Shown in pieces: positions 10,588 to 20,406 of a stretch of 50,579 bases of DNA. Within the stretch, counting starts at the first letter, position 1, and every line of letters starts with the position of its first letter. The DNA comes from an uncultured Clostridium sp. Its GTDB lineage: Bacteria > Cyanobacteriota > Vampirovibrionia > Gastranaerophilales > Gastranaerophilaceae. The DNA lies in NCBI GenBank assembly GCA_958449715.1, contig CAUDIU010000001.1, forward strand, positions 1-50,579, given 5' to 3'. The position numbers and the translations under genes are program-made. The notes beneath the pieces were generated by a model. That model saw nothing but the letters and a program-made list of their open reading frames with translations, made no database searches and was not told where the DNA came from.

Positions 10588-10614
10588 AAATGCTCCTTTC
10601 ATATTTATATAGTA

Positions 10615-10643
10615 ATTATAACAAATATGCCCGAACTTTTCAA
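10615..10643 (-). promoter_or_regulatory. sigma-70-type promoter of pilin 1 (TTGAAA-17-TATAAT, extended -10 TG)
   Basis: Minus strand TTGAAA agttcgggcatatttgt TATAAT. Confidence 0.75.
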
Positions 10644-10657
10644 GTTCGGGCATATTT
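10623..10657 (-). terminator. hairpin terminator of rpsA
   Basis: 16-bp inverted repeat AAATATGCCCGAACTT/AAGTTCGGGCATATTT just after the rpsA stop. Confidence 0.75.
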
Positions 10658-10670
10658 TATAAAAAATCAA

Positions 10671-11747
10671 TTATTCAGCATCTTTATTAATATCTTTAAT
10701 ACTCAATGCAATTCTATGTTCTTGTGGAGTGAATTTTTTAATAAGAACTTCTACACTGTCACCAACTTTAAATGTATTGAATGGGTTTACATTTTCTTCA
10801 GCCATTTCTGAAACTGGCAATAATGCTTCTACTCCAGGGAAAATGTTAATAAATGCACCAAAACCAGTTACTTTATTAACAGTACCTGTAATTACTTGTC
10901 CTTCTTCAAATTGACCTTCAATTTGTTGCCATGGATCTTCGCCCATTCTTTTTAAAGACAATGAAATTCTTTTTAATTCATTATCAATTTTGATAATTTT
11001 AACTTCAATAGTTTCACCTAAAGAAATTACATCTGAAGGATGTTTAATTCTTGACCAAGAAATTTCAGAAATTGGAAGAAGACCATCGATACCGTTAATA
11101 TCAACAAAAGCACCGAAATCAGCAATTCTTACAACTTCACCTTTTACAACTTGATCTTCTTGAAGTTCTGATAAAATATTATCTACAACTTGATCACGTT
11201 GTTCTGCAACAGCTTGTCTTTGAGATAAGATAAGTTTGTTTTTCTTAGGATCTGCTTCTAGAACTTTAACTTCAATTTTTGTATCAATTAAACCGTCAAA
11301 AGGAGTTCCTGTTCTTAATTGAGAAGATGGGATAAATCCTTTTAAATCTGCAACGTCAACTAATACGCCACCTTTAACGATTGAAACAACTTTAGCTAAA
11401 ATTGTATCACCTTGAACTTTTGCATCGTTTAATTGAGCCCAAGCTTGAGCGAATGCTAAACGTTTCAATGATAAAAGCATTCCTTCTTCATCATTTTCTT
11501 CTTTTAATACATAAAATTCTTTTTCTTCACCAATTTCTAAATTATCAATACCTTCAGAAGCAGGGATTTCTTTAACAGGTAAAAATGCTTCAGTTTTAGC
11601 ACCTTTAACGCTGATTAAATATCCATCACTTTCTTTTTTTACAACAGTACCTTCTACAATATCAGCTACTGAGTAAGATTTAGCGAAAGATTCTTCTAAT
11701 AATCTTTCGAATTCATCTAAATTTGTTTTTTCTAATGTTGTTGTCAT
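10671..11747 (-). CDS. rpsA: 30S ribosomal protein S1 (short form)
   Basis: Four S1-like domains (GFIPSSQL, FGAFVDINGIDGLLPISEISW, FGAFINIFPGVEALLPVSEM). Confidence 0.93.
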   Translation of the reverse strand: MTTTLEKTNLDEFERLLEESFAKSYSVADIVEGTVVKKESDGYLISVKGAKTEAFLPVKEIPASEGIDNLEIGEEKEFYVLKEENDEEGMLLSLKRLAFAQAWAQLNDAKVQGDTILAKVVSIVKGGVLVDVADLKGFIPSSQLRTGTPFDGLIDTKIEVKVLEADPKKNKLILSQRQAVAEQRDQVVDNILSELQEDQVVKGEVVRIADFGAFVDINGIDGLLPISEISWSRIKHPSDVISLGETIEVKIIKIDNELKRISLSLKRMGEDPWQQIEGQFEEGQVITGTVNKVTGFGAFINIFPGVEALLPVSEMAEENVNPFNTFKVGDSVEVLIKKFTPQEHRIALSIKDINKDAE

Positions 11748-11752
11748 GTTTT

Positions 11753-12631
11753 TTATATTTCCTTTCTAAGTTTTTCAATTACATTTTCAATGATGTTCTG
11801 AGGAGTAGATGCTCCTGCAGTAACTGAAATATGATTTGCACTTAAAATCAAATCTTTATAATTATCAAGTTCATCATCTTTTTCAATATGGATAGTTTTA
11901 GTTATATCTTTCAAAATCTCAGCCAAATGAGTTGTATTAGCACTTTTTTTAGAACCCACAACTATAACTAAATCACTTTCATCTGCTAATTCTCTAGCCT
12001 CTTTTTGACGCATAGATGTACTTTGGCAAATAGTATTTGCAATATGAATTTCTTTGGCTATTGATGTCAAATATTCAACAATTGAATTTAAAGTTACAAG
12101 TCTTTGAGTTGTCTGAACAACAACCCCTACTCTTTTATGACTTTTAATTCTTGCTTCAAACTCTTTTAATTGTTCCACAGATGCTGCAACTACAACATTA
12201 TCACTCCACAATTCGGCATTTGCTCTTATTGCAATAACTTCAGGGTGCTCTGATTTCCCGACAATAACTACAAAATACCCATCTTTTGCAAGTTCTACAG
12301 CTTTTTGTTGAACTTTTTTAACATCAGGACAAGTCAAATCAACAGGTTCAAATCCTGCTTGTTTAATCTTTTCAATCACTTGAGGGCTCTCACCATGACT
12401 TCTGATTACACAAATTCCCTCACCTTTTTCAGGAATTTCATTCAAAGTCTTAATTCCCAAACTTTCAAGCTCATGAATAACTTGAGTATTGTGGATAAGT
12501 TCCCCTAATACAAAAACTTTTTTATCAGGATTTTCATTTTTTAATTTTTTAACAGTTTCAACGGCTCTTTTTACACCGTAACAAAAACCTGCATATTTGG
12601 CTAATTTAATATCTTTTTTATTTTCAGGCAA
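11753..12631 (-). CDS. ispH: 4-hydroxy-3-methylbut-2-enyl diphosphate reductase
   Basis: GFCYGVKRA, IHN, SHG, TCPDV, HPEV, NTICQST, SANT, TAGASTP. Confidence 0.95.
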   Translation of the reverse strand: MPENKKDIKLAKYAGFCYGVKRAVETVKKLKNENPDKKVFVLGELIHNTQVIHELESLGIKTLNEIPEKGEGICVIRSHGESPQVIEKIKQAGFEPVDLTCPDVKKVQQKAVELAKDGYFVVIVGKSEHPEVIAIRANAELWSDNVVVAASVEQLKEFEARIKSHKRVGVVVQTTQRLVTLNSIVEYLTSIAKEIHIANTICQSTSMRQKEARELADESDLVIVVGSKKSANTTHLAEILKDITKTIHIEKDDELDNYKDLILSANHISVTAGASTPQNIIENVIEKLRKEI

Positions 12632-12714
12632 TGTATAATTGTCTTCTTTCTATAGAACTCGCGCTTTTTAAACGCTGTACAAATATTAAAATATAAACAA
12701 TATAAAAAATCAAC

Positions 12715-12749
12715 AGAAAAAAGCCTCTTTTTACAAAGAGACTTTTTCT
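12715..12749 (-). terminator. intrinsic terminator of the 881-aa gene
   Basis: Minus strand AGTCTCTTT-gtaa-AAAGAGGCT followed by a T-run. Confidence 0.65.
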
Positions 12750-12771
12750 TAACCACTACAAATTTCGTACC

Positions 12772-15417
12772 TTAAAATACTAAATTACCATTTTTATCTT
12801 TTCTAAATAATTCTTTTGAATCAAATCCATAAGGATTTGTATTATATGAAATATTACTTGGTTTGTCTTGGTTTTTGTAATCAATATCATGTTTTTTAGC
12901 AATATTTTGATATCCAATATCAGACACTGCTAGAAATTTAACAACATTAGCAATTTTGTTATTTACATCGTTAGGCAATCCCATAGATAATAAAGCATCA
13001 GCTCTATCTTTATCTTTTACGATTGCACTAAATAAATTAGAATCAGTTCTTGCAATCATTACGTAAATAGTTTTCTTTTGTGCACCATTAGGAATAGATG
13101 ATAATAATTTAATCTTTTGTTCTAATGGCAATTTTTTGAAATAGTTTGTAAAATATTCTTTTTTCTCAGCAGAAGAAAGATTATTATATTCACTTGGTGT
13201 TAAAGAAGCACCACTTGCAATTTTTGATTTTAAACTTGCATTTGAATCAGAATCAGTTGTTATAATATTTAATGAAGACTGACTATTTCTTATAGATGTT
13301 TCAACAATAACTCTAGGAAGTTCAGCTTCTTGAATATAGCTAGGAGCATTTTCAAGACTTGTAACCGCTTTTTCAATAGCTTTTTCATTCCCAGATGTAT
13401 ATACAACATCTAAAGCTTGTGATTGAACTGTAGGATCATAATTTTTAATATTTCCTGCAGTATGTTCTTGAACTTCAGAATATTTAGATTGCATCATACT
13501 TTTGTGCATATCTAATTGATTATCTTTATGACAATCTTGAATTTGATCAGACAATAAATTCAAAGCCTTTATTGCTTCACCTTTTTCCATTAAGGTCTCT
13601 GCATTATTTTTTAAAGTATTTAAACCTTCTGTTTGATTTTGTGCATAAAATCTTGTAACAGTTTTTGCATCAATTGCAGCTTGAGTTGCTTCTTTGTTAC
13701 CTTCTGTATACATCTTCAAAACGGTATTTTGCAATTCAGCTTGAGATTTATCTGCATTAGCAGCTACATAATTTAAAGTTTCTTGAGTTGCACCATTTCT
13801 GACATTGGTATATATAATTTCTGCATTTTCAATATCTTTGACCTTTGTACCTCTATCGTACATTGCATTATCGACTTTTGCGAATTTTGAGCCGACATAA
13901 GATATTTCAAGAGCTTGTTCATCAGAAGAACGGCCAACTAAAGCTATTCCGCCAGCTTCAGCAATAGCTTCATTCTCATTATTTCCAATATTTTTATGTA
14001 ATTCAACAGCTTCTTCAACTGATAAATCTTTTGTTGATTTAGTTTTCAATGATATTTCTGTTGCTGATGCGTTTTTATCAACAGAAATATAACGAACTCT
14101 ATCTACCAATCTAGCTTTTTTAGCTAAATCGCTTGCAAGAGCTCTATCACCTTTTTTATACGCATCTGATGCAGAAGCCATTAAATTATCATACAAAACT
14201 TTTTTATCATTTCCTGCTTCTTGTTTCAAAATACCATATAAAATTTCAACTTTTTCATTTGGAAATGCATCATTATACTTTTCCGCGAACTCTGTACTTT
14301 GAATTTTAGAATACAATGAAGGAGGTTCTTGTAATTTTTGATTTTCTTCATTTGCAAGATTATTTAATTGAGAATCTGTTTCAAAATAATCTTTAGTTTC
14401 TGATAAATATTTATATTGATATTTTTCATATTTAGATAAATTTTGACCTTGCTTAATTTTATTATCTAAATAATCAAACTGAATTTGTTCAAGATTTAAT
14501 TTTTCTTCACGCAAAACTTGAGAAACATCACCTGGACAAACAGATCTTTCTATACCTTTTTGTTTATAATAGTTATTTACAGATTCTGCAAGCAAATTAT
14601 TTCTATTCCAAAAATCTCTTTCAGATTTTGTAAATTCAGGTTTTCTACCTTTTCCTTCTGCCAATTTCTTTTCTGTATCTAAATAACTATATACATATTC
14701 TTCTTTTTCTACTTGAGATAATTTTTGAAAATCTTCAAGAGACATTTCATTCATATTGGCAGCTTGGATTCTTGTCATAGTAGAATCTGCAATTGAGCTT
14801 TTACCATAATTTGTAAGTAATTTTGCTAAACCATTTTTATCATTTTTTACAGCTTCCAAACTTGATTTAAATAAATTTTGACGTTCTTCTTCTGTTAAAT
14901 TATTCCAATCTTCTTCTGTTTTTGGATTAGCAGAATCAGAATATAAAAATTTATTCTTAGCTAATTCTAATGCAATAACATTAGCTTTTTTTTCTGAAGA
15001 TAATTTTATAAATTCCCCTTTATCGAAAGGTTTTTGAGTGTCTGATAATTCAGATGTCTCTTGAGAATTTGAATTTTCATTTGATTCAGACTTAATATTA
15101 TTGTCAGATTCTAAATCTTTATTATGAATATTAGCTTCTGAATTTTCTTTTAAATTATTCGCTTCAATTTCTTTATTAACTAATACTTGTAATTTATCTA
15201 ATGGTAAAGATGTAGCATCTGGATATTTTAAAAGAATCGCATTTAAAACATCTTTAGTAATACCAAGTTTTTTTAGTAATTCTTCCTCTGTATATTTTTG
15301 AACTAAAGGAATAGTTTGAGAAGCATTTTTGGCAGATGCAGTATCGTTGGTTACTGTATTATTCTCAATTCCATTATTATTTATTTTAAAAGATATATTA
15401 TTATCTATACCTGACAT
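12772..15417 (-). CDS. large alpha-helical hypothetical protein
   Basis: 881-aa ORF with no recognised family; N-terminal ISFK and a recurring [FWY]xxL[STP]xx[EQK][KR] motif. Confidence 0.8.
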   Translation of the reverse strand: MSGIDNNISFKINNNGIENNTVTNDTASAKNASQTIPLVQKYTEEELLKKLGITKDVLNAILLKYPDATSLPLDKLQVLVNKEIEANNLKENSEANIHNKDLESDNNIKSESNENSNSQETSELSDTQKPFDKGEFIKLSSEKKANVIALELAKNKFLYSDSANPKTEEDWNNLTEEERQNLFKSSLEAVKNDKNGLAKLLTNYGKSSIADSTMTRIQAANMNEMSLEDFQKLSQVEKEEYVYSYLDTEKKLAEGKGRKPEFTKSERDFWNRNNLLAESVNNYYKQKGIERSVCPGDVSQVLREEKLNLEQIQFDYLDNKIKQGQNLSKYEKYQYKYLSETKDYFETDSQLNNLANEENQKLQEPPSLYSKIQSTEFAEKYNDAFPNEKVEILYGILKQEAGNDKKVLYDNLMASASDAYKKGDRALASDLAKKARLVDRVRYISVDKNASATEISLKTKSTKDLSVEEAVELHKNIGNNENEAIAEAGGIALVGRSSDEQALEISYVGSKFAKVDNAMYDRGTKVKDIENAEIIYTNVRNGATQETLNYVAANADKSQAELQNTVLKMYTEGNKEATQAAIDAKTVTRFYAQNQTEGLNTLKNNAETLMEKGEAIKALNLLSDQIQDCHKDNQLDMHKSMMQSKYSEVQEHTAGNIKNYDPTVQSQALDVVYTSGNEKAIEKAVTSLENAPSYIQEAELPRVIVETSIRNSQSSLNIITTDSDSNASLKSKIASGASLTPSEYNNLSSAEKKEYFTNYFKKLPLEQKIKLLSSIPNGAQKKTIYVMIARTDSNLFSAIVKDKDRADALLSMGLPNDVNNKIANVVKFLAVSDIGYQNIAKKHDIDYKNQDKPSNISYNTNPYGFDSKELFRKDKNGNLVF

Positions 15418-15515
15418 ATGCTCTCTCTTGATTTTTTACATCATACATTTATAAAAACATGCCAAAAGCATGTATTTCAGCATGTTTTGACATGTTTACA
15501 ATTATTTACAATTAA

Positions 15516-16658
15516 TTATTCAAAATCTTCGTATTCATCTTCACCATCTAATGGCATAACAACACCACTATGGCAAATATATTCTCTTTCTACTGATTCA
15601 CAATTAAATACCATACCACTTGTTAGTGGGCTATTATAAGCATTTACTAAGAAAATAGCTAAATCTTTATCTGATAAATAATATTTTTTCATATTATTAT
15701 CATAAAGTTCAGTGATTCCATACTCTAACTTCACAGGAGAACTATCTCCACTATTAAATATTCCAGTAGCTATAATATTTTTACCAACAGCTAATTCTGG
15801 TGATCCATCTTTTTTTAGAGTTATTAAATCTACCTCATCACTATTAGGCATAGAATAATAAGTTAATATATATTGTCCGTTAGCTCCTTCTATATCATCA
15901 GAACCTACACGTTTATAATTATTACGTACAATAGGGGCAGCATCTTTTATTTTATTTTTTGGTGCAACATTTTGCAAATTCAAATCAGATGACGGTCTTA
16001 TCTTTCTCGCTATTACATTTGGTTTTACTTCAGAGTTATTACCATTTAATTTAATTTGAGATTTTATATAATCACAAATTGGTTTATCAGTAATATAAGT
16101 TTTATTTCCGTATGTATTTTTACCCATACGAGTATCATATGCCTCAATTTCATCTAACGAAAAATTATTGCTTTCTGAACCATCTTCAGAAACAATTCCA
16201 AATTTATAAGTATTAAATTTATTTACCGTATAAAGTCGACCTTTAGAAGACACACCATTACGTTCTTTATAAAGAATTTGTATACTTTCAAAATTTGAAT
16301 CATCATTGTCATTACTTACAAAATTTACATCATAAGTTGCAGTATAAGGAACTCCACCTGCAGATTTTCTATTTAATACAAAAGATTTTGTTTTTATAAC
16401 ATTTCCTTCATTTATCAAATTATTTTCTGGAGCCACCACTTCAATTTTTTCAGAATTGACATCATATAAATTAGAATTAGCTGAAGACTTAGCCATAGGA
16501 CTCATAGCTAAAACTGTAGCTGCAAGAGGTACTGCTAATTTATGTGAAACTTGACTTATTGGTTGAGATGCATTTGGATTCTTTTTCTTTTTACCTTCAA
16601 AATTTAATTGATTTAAATTACTTACTAAAGTTGCAGATGTCACAGGTCTGATTGTCAT
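15516..16658 (-). CDS. hypothetical protein
   Basis: 380-aa ORF, GGAG RBS; N-terminus MTIRPV...LNFEGKKKK followed by a hydrophobic stretch. Confidence 0.8.
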   Translation of the reverse strand: MTIRPVTSATLVSNLNQLNFEGKKKKNPNASQPISQVSHKLAVPLAATVLAMSPMAKSSANSNLYDVNSEKIEVVAPENNLINEGNVIKTKSFVLNRKSAGGVPYTATYDVNFVSNDNDDSNFESIQILYKERNGVSSKGRLYTVNKFNTYKFGIVSEDGSESNNFSLDEIEAYDTRMGKNTYGNKTYITDKPICDYIKSQIKLNGNNSEVKPNVIARKIRPSSDLNLQNVAPKNKIKDAAPIVRNNYKRVGSDDIEGANGQYILTYYSMPNSDEVDLITLKKDGSPELAVGKNIIATGIFNSGDSSPVKLEYGITELYDNNMKKYYLSDKDLAIFLVNAYNSPLTSGMVFNCESVEREYICHSGVVMPLDGEDEYEDFE

Positions 16659-16946
16659 AGTCTATACTCCATTTTCTTTACGCAGTTTTTACTTGCTTAT
16701 ATAAAGCAAGTAAAAAAATTTTTTGCTAACAATTTATTCATTAATTCCCTTACAAGCCTATTATATCAATTCATATCAGGTTTTGTAAAATAGTATATAC
16801 GATATTAATATTTCTTTACACTTGCACCGTTTCTTTGTTTGTTGTACTTTACATGTGTAAAATAAATGTACCCAAATAAGGGTTTTTCCTAAAATAAAAA
16901 AATCTGACAAGTGTCAGCTAGAAAAATAAAAAGAAGGAGAACTCAA

Positions 16947-17906
16947 ATGAGTGAAAGAAAATTAGTTGGAACAGGCGAAATGTTCAAAAAAGCATTGGCA
17001 GGCGGATATGCTATCGGTGCTTACAACGTTAACAACATGGAAATTTTGCAAGGTATTGCAGAAGCTGCTGAAGAAACTCAATCACCTATTATTTTACAAG
17101 TTTCTGCAGGTGCTAGAAAATATGCAAACCAAACTTATTTAATTAAATTAGTTGAAGCTGCTTTAGCTACAACTACAGTTCCTATCGCTTTACACTTAGA
17201 TCACGGTGCTGATTTTGAAATTTGTAAAGCTTGTATTGATGGTGGATTTTCATCTGTTATGATTGACGGTTCAAGATTCCCATTAGAAGAAAACATCAAA
17301 TTAACAAAACAAGTTGTAGATTATGCTCACCCACGTGGAGTATCTGTTGAAGCAGAACTTGGAAAACTTGCTGGTGTTGAAGATGATGTTAAAGTTCACG
17401 CAAAAGATTCAACATACACAGATCCTGAAGAAGCTGCTAGATTTGTAAAAGAAACTGGTTGTGATTCATTAGCTGTTGCAATTGGTACATCTCACGGTGC
17501 TTACAAATTCTCAGGTGAAGCTAAATTAGACTTCGAAAGACTTGCTGAAATTAAAAAAGCAGTAAATGAAGCTGTAGGATATGACTTCCCATTAGTATTA
17601 CATGGATCATCTTCAGTTCCTGCTGAATTCGTTGCTAAATGTAATCAATTTGGTGGTCAATTACCAAATGCTCAAGGCGTTCCAGAAGATATGTTAAATT
17701 ACGCTTCTAAACATGGTGTTGCTAAAATTAACATCGATACAGATTTAAGATTAGCTATGACTTCAACAATCAGAGAATTCTTTGTTGAACACCCTGAAAA
17801 ATTTGACCCACGTGAATACATGGGACCAGGAAGAACTGCTGTTAAAGAAATGGTTATGCACAAAATGCGTGACGTTCTTGGTACAGCTGGTCACGCTCAA
17901 GACTAA
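16947..17906 (+). CDS. fba: class II fructose-1,6-bisphosphate aldolase
   Basis: HLDHG, SVMIDGS, EAELG, IGTSHGAYKF, LVLHGSS, KINIDTD. ATG 16947 follows AAGGAG. Confidence 0.95.
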   Translation: MSERKLVGTGEMFKKALAGGYAIGAYNVNNMEILQGIAEAAEETQSPIILQVSAGARKYANQTYLIKLVEAALATTTVPIALHLDHGADFEICKACIDGGFSSVMIDGSRFPLEENIKLTKQVVDYAHPRGVSVEAELGKLAGVEDDVKVHAKDSTYTDPEEAARFVKETGCDSLAVAIGTSHGAYKFSGEAKLDFERLAEIKKAVNEAVGYDFPLVLHGSSSVPAEFVAKCNQFGGQLPNAQGVPEDMLNYASKHGVAKINIDTDLRLAMTSTIREFFVEHPEKFDPREYMGPGRTAVKEMVMHKMRDVLGTAGHAQD

Positions 17907-17925
17907 TTATATAATTAATCTTACG

Positions 17926-17958
17926 AAAAAACCTTCTATTTATATAGAAGGTTTTTTT
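17926..17958 (+). terminator. intrinsic terminator of fba
   Basis: AAAAAACCTTCTAT...ATAGAAGGTTTTTTT. Confidence 0.85.
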
Positions 17959-18115
17959 ATTTAATTTTTTTATACTCTTTGAAATATTCTCTATTTAAAT
18001 TTATCTAATTTAAACGCACTTAAGCTATTAGAAAATTCATTATAAAGCTTTTTATTTGATAATTTTATTGTATCTCTTAACAAATCTAGCACTCTATTTT
18101 TGAAAAAATTAATAG

Positions 18116-18146
18116 AAAAAAAGGAACGACTTAATCGTTCCTTTTT
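18116..18146 (-). terminator. intrinsic terminator of ftsZ
   Basis: AAAAAGGAACGA-cttaa-TCGTTCCTTTTT. Confidence 0.85.
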
Positions 18147-18178
18147 ACTTTTTCATATTCCAACTTAGTTAGTGTGAT

Positions 18179-19372
18179 TTATTTTTTTAAGAAATCCGGA
18201 ATTTCAATATTTGTAAAACTTGGAGAAACTTCCGGCATTGAAGATCTTCTAACTGTCTGCTGAGGTTGAGAATTTACATTTGAATTTGAATTAGAATTAA
18301 ATGTACCAGCAAAGAAATCAGAAGCACTTAATTGTTTTACATCAGTTTTTACTTCCGGTTGCTGATTTTTCATTTCAAAACCTGTAGCAATTACAGTAAT
18401 TTGAATTTCACCTTGAATATTTTCATTTACAGCTGTACCGATAATTACTGTAGCATCATCATTTACAGCATCATGAATAATATTTGCAGCATCAGATATT
18501 TCATGAAGAGTCATATCAGGGCCACCTGTGATATTAACAATTACACCAGTTGCGCCATTGATTGAAGATTCAAGAAGTTGAGAATTGATAGCGATTTCAG
18601 CAGCTTTAATAGCTCTTCCTTCACCTTGACCGCGACCAATACCCATAAGAGCAGAACCAGATGCTTGCATAACACATTTAACATCTGCAAAGTCAACGTT
18701 AATAAGTCCAGGAACAGTAATGATATCTGAAATACCTTGAACACCTCTTAACAATACTTCATCTACAATAATAAATGATTCTGTCAATGTTACTTGTCTG
18801 TCAACAACTTGAAGCAATTTATCATTTGGAATGATAATTACAGCATCAACAGCTTCTCTTAGTTTTTCTAAACCTTGGTTAGCTTGATTTTGTCTTTTAC
18901 GACCTTCCCAAGTGAAAGGTTTTGTAACAACTGCTATTGTTAAAATTCCTAATTCTTTAGCAATTTTTGCAACTACAGGAGCAGCACCAGTACCAGTTCC
19001 ACCACCCATACCTGCTGTGATAAATACCATATCAGCGCCATCTAATGCTTCAGTAATTTCTTGTTGAGCTTCTTCAGCAGCTTTTTCTCCTACTGAAGGA
19101 TCTCCACCAGCACCAAGACCAGCTGTAGATTTAGCACCTAGCTGAATTCTATTTTTAGTTTGGCCATATTCTAAAACTTGTAAATCTGTATTCATTAACC
19201 AGAACTCAACACCAGAAAGTCCTGCTTTAATCATTCGGTTAACAGCATTTCCGCCGCCGCCACCAACACCGATTACTTTAATATTAGTAGGATTAATTGG
19301 AGACCTTTGAGTTTGATCATTGCTTGTTGTTTCATCTTTTTTAGCAAAGATATCTGATACGAAATTTTCCAC
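18179..19372 (-). CDS. ftsZ: cell division protein FtsZ
   Basis: [29 protein letters not shown]-terminal IPDFLKK. Confidence 0.98.
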   Translation of the reverse strand: MENFVSDIFAKKDETTSNDQTQRSPINPTNIKVIGVGGGGGNAVNRMIKAGLSGVEFWLMNTDLQVLEYGQTKNRIQLGAKSTAGLGAGGDPSVGEKAAEEAQQEITEALDGADMVFITAGMGGGTGTGAAPVVAKIAKELGILTIAVVTKPFTWEGRKRQNQANQGLEKLREAVDAVIIIPNDKLLQVVDRQVTLTESFIIVDEVLLRGVQGISDIITVPGLINVDFADVKCVMQASGSALMGIGRGQGEGRAIKAAEIAINSQLLESSINGATGVIVNITGGPDMTLHEISDAANIIHDAVNDDATVIIGTAVNENIQGEIQITVIATGFEMKNQQPEVKTDVKQLSASDFFAGTFNSNSNSNVNSQPQQTVRRSSMPEVSPSFTNIEIPDFLKK

Positions 19373-19530
19373 TTTGTTACCTCATTTATATAATTGTATA
19401 GTTGTCTATCTACAATAGTATAATAACATACTATTTTAAATAGAAAAAAAGTACAAGAATTTACTTAAAAAATATGAACAAAAATTAATATAAATCAGAA
19501 TAATCCTAATCAAATTACAAAAAGATAATA

Positions 19531-20334
19531 TTAATAATTTTCGTAAGCAGGTGGTATTGCCCAATGTAATTTATTTCTTAATATAGAATAAAATTCTGAA
19601 TTCTTCAACAACGCGAGTTTTGCGGTATAAATAGATTTTTCAATAACAATCTCTGAATTAATTTCATACAATTCTTGACCATCAGTAGATAAAACGGATT
19701 TTGAACTTGAATCTGTAGAAACTGTAATTTTTTCATAATCAGGAACAACAATTGGTCTTGCTGTCAAAGTATGCGGACAAATCGGCACAATTTCAAAAAC
19801 ATTCAAACTTGGCGATAGTACAGGGCCACCTGCAGAAAGCCCATAAGCTGTAGAACCAGTCGGAGTGGATACAATAATACCATCAGCCAAATAATCACAT
19901 ACAAATTTATCGTTAATTTTCAAGGAAAAACGAGAAGTTCTTCCCATATCTTGTCCCTTAATCACAAAATCGTTTAATGCTGTAAAACTTCCACTTTGTA
20001 ACATTATACGGTCTTCAATAACAAAATTACCTTTTAATATCTCGTCTACAGATTTTTCAATATCCTCTTTGGAAGATTGAGACAAAAAGCCTAAACGGCC
20101 TAAATTTATACCAAAAATTGGGGTTTTATACTTTGCATAAAATCTTGCCGTTTTTAAAATTGTACCATCTCCTCCTATTACAAAGACAAAATCAAAACCA
20201 TCTTTTAATCCGTCTATATTAAGAACATCAACAGAAAGTCCTTTTTCTAAAAGGATTTTTACAAGTTTATCTTTTATCTCTACTGAATGAGATATTTCTT
20301 GATTATAACAAACAGCAAAATTTTTCATTTCCAT
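19531..20334 (-). CDS. nadK: NAD kinase
   Basis: GGDGT, GINLGRLGFL, LND, TPTGSTAYGLSAGGP. Confidence 0.95.
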   Translation of the reverse strand: MEMKNFAVCYNQEISHSVEIKDKLVKILLEKGLSVDVLNIDGLKDGFDFVFVIGGDGTILKTARFYAKYKTPIFGINLGRLGFLSQSSKEDIEKSVDEILKGNFVIEDRIMLQSGSFTALNDFVIKGQDMGRTSRFSLKINDKFVCDYLADGIIVSTPTGSTAYGLSAGGPVLSPSLNVFEIVPICPHTLTARPIVVPDYEKITVSTDSSSKSVLSTDGQELYEINSEIVIEKSIYTAKLALLKNSEFYSILRNKLHWAIPPAYENY

Positions 20335-20374
20335 AACGAAGCAAATATAACATAATTTTATTATTTAAGCAAAT

Positions 20375-20403
20375 AAAAAAGAGCTTATAAAAAGCTCTTT
20401 TTT
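20375..20403 (-). terminator. intrinsic terminator after pilin 2
   Basis: AAAAAAGAGCTT-ataaa-AAGCTCTTTTTT. Confidence 0.8.
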
Positions 20404-20406
20404 GAT

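Noticed and set aside
10534..10597. AGGAGC/GCTCCT as DNA inversion sites
   Set aside because: Only 6 bp with no recombinase nearby; RNA pairing is the simpler explanation.
11747..11755. Possible ispH-rpsA fusion as in some Firmicutes
   Set aside because: A stop codon is present and rpsA has its own ATG in a different frame; this is ordinary adjacency.
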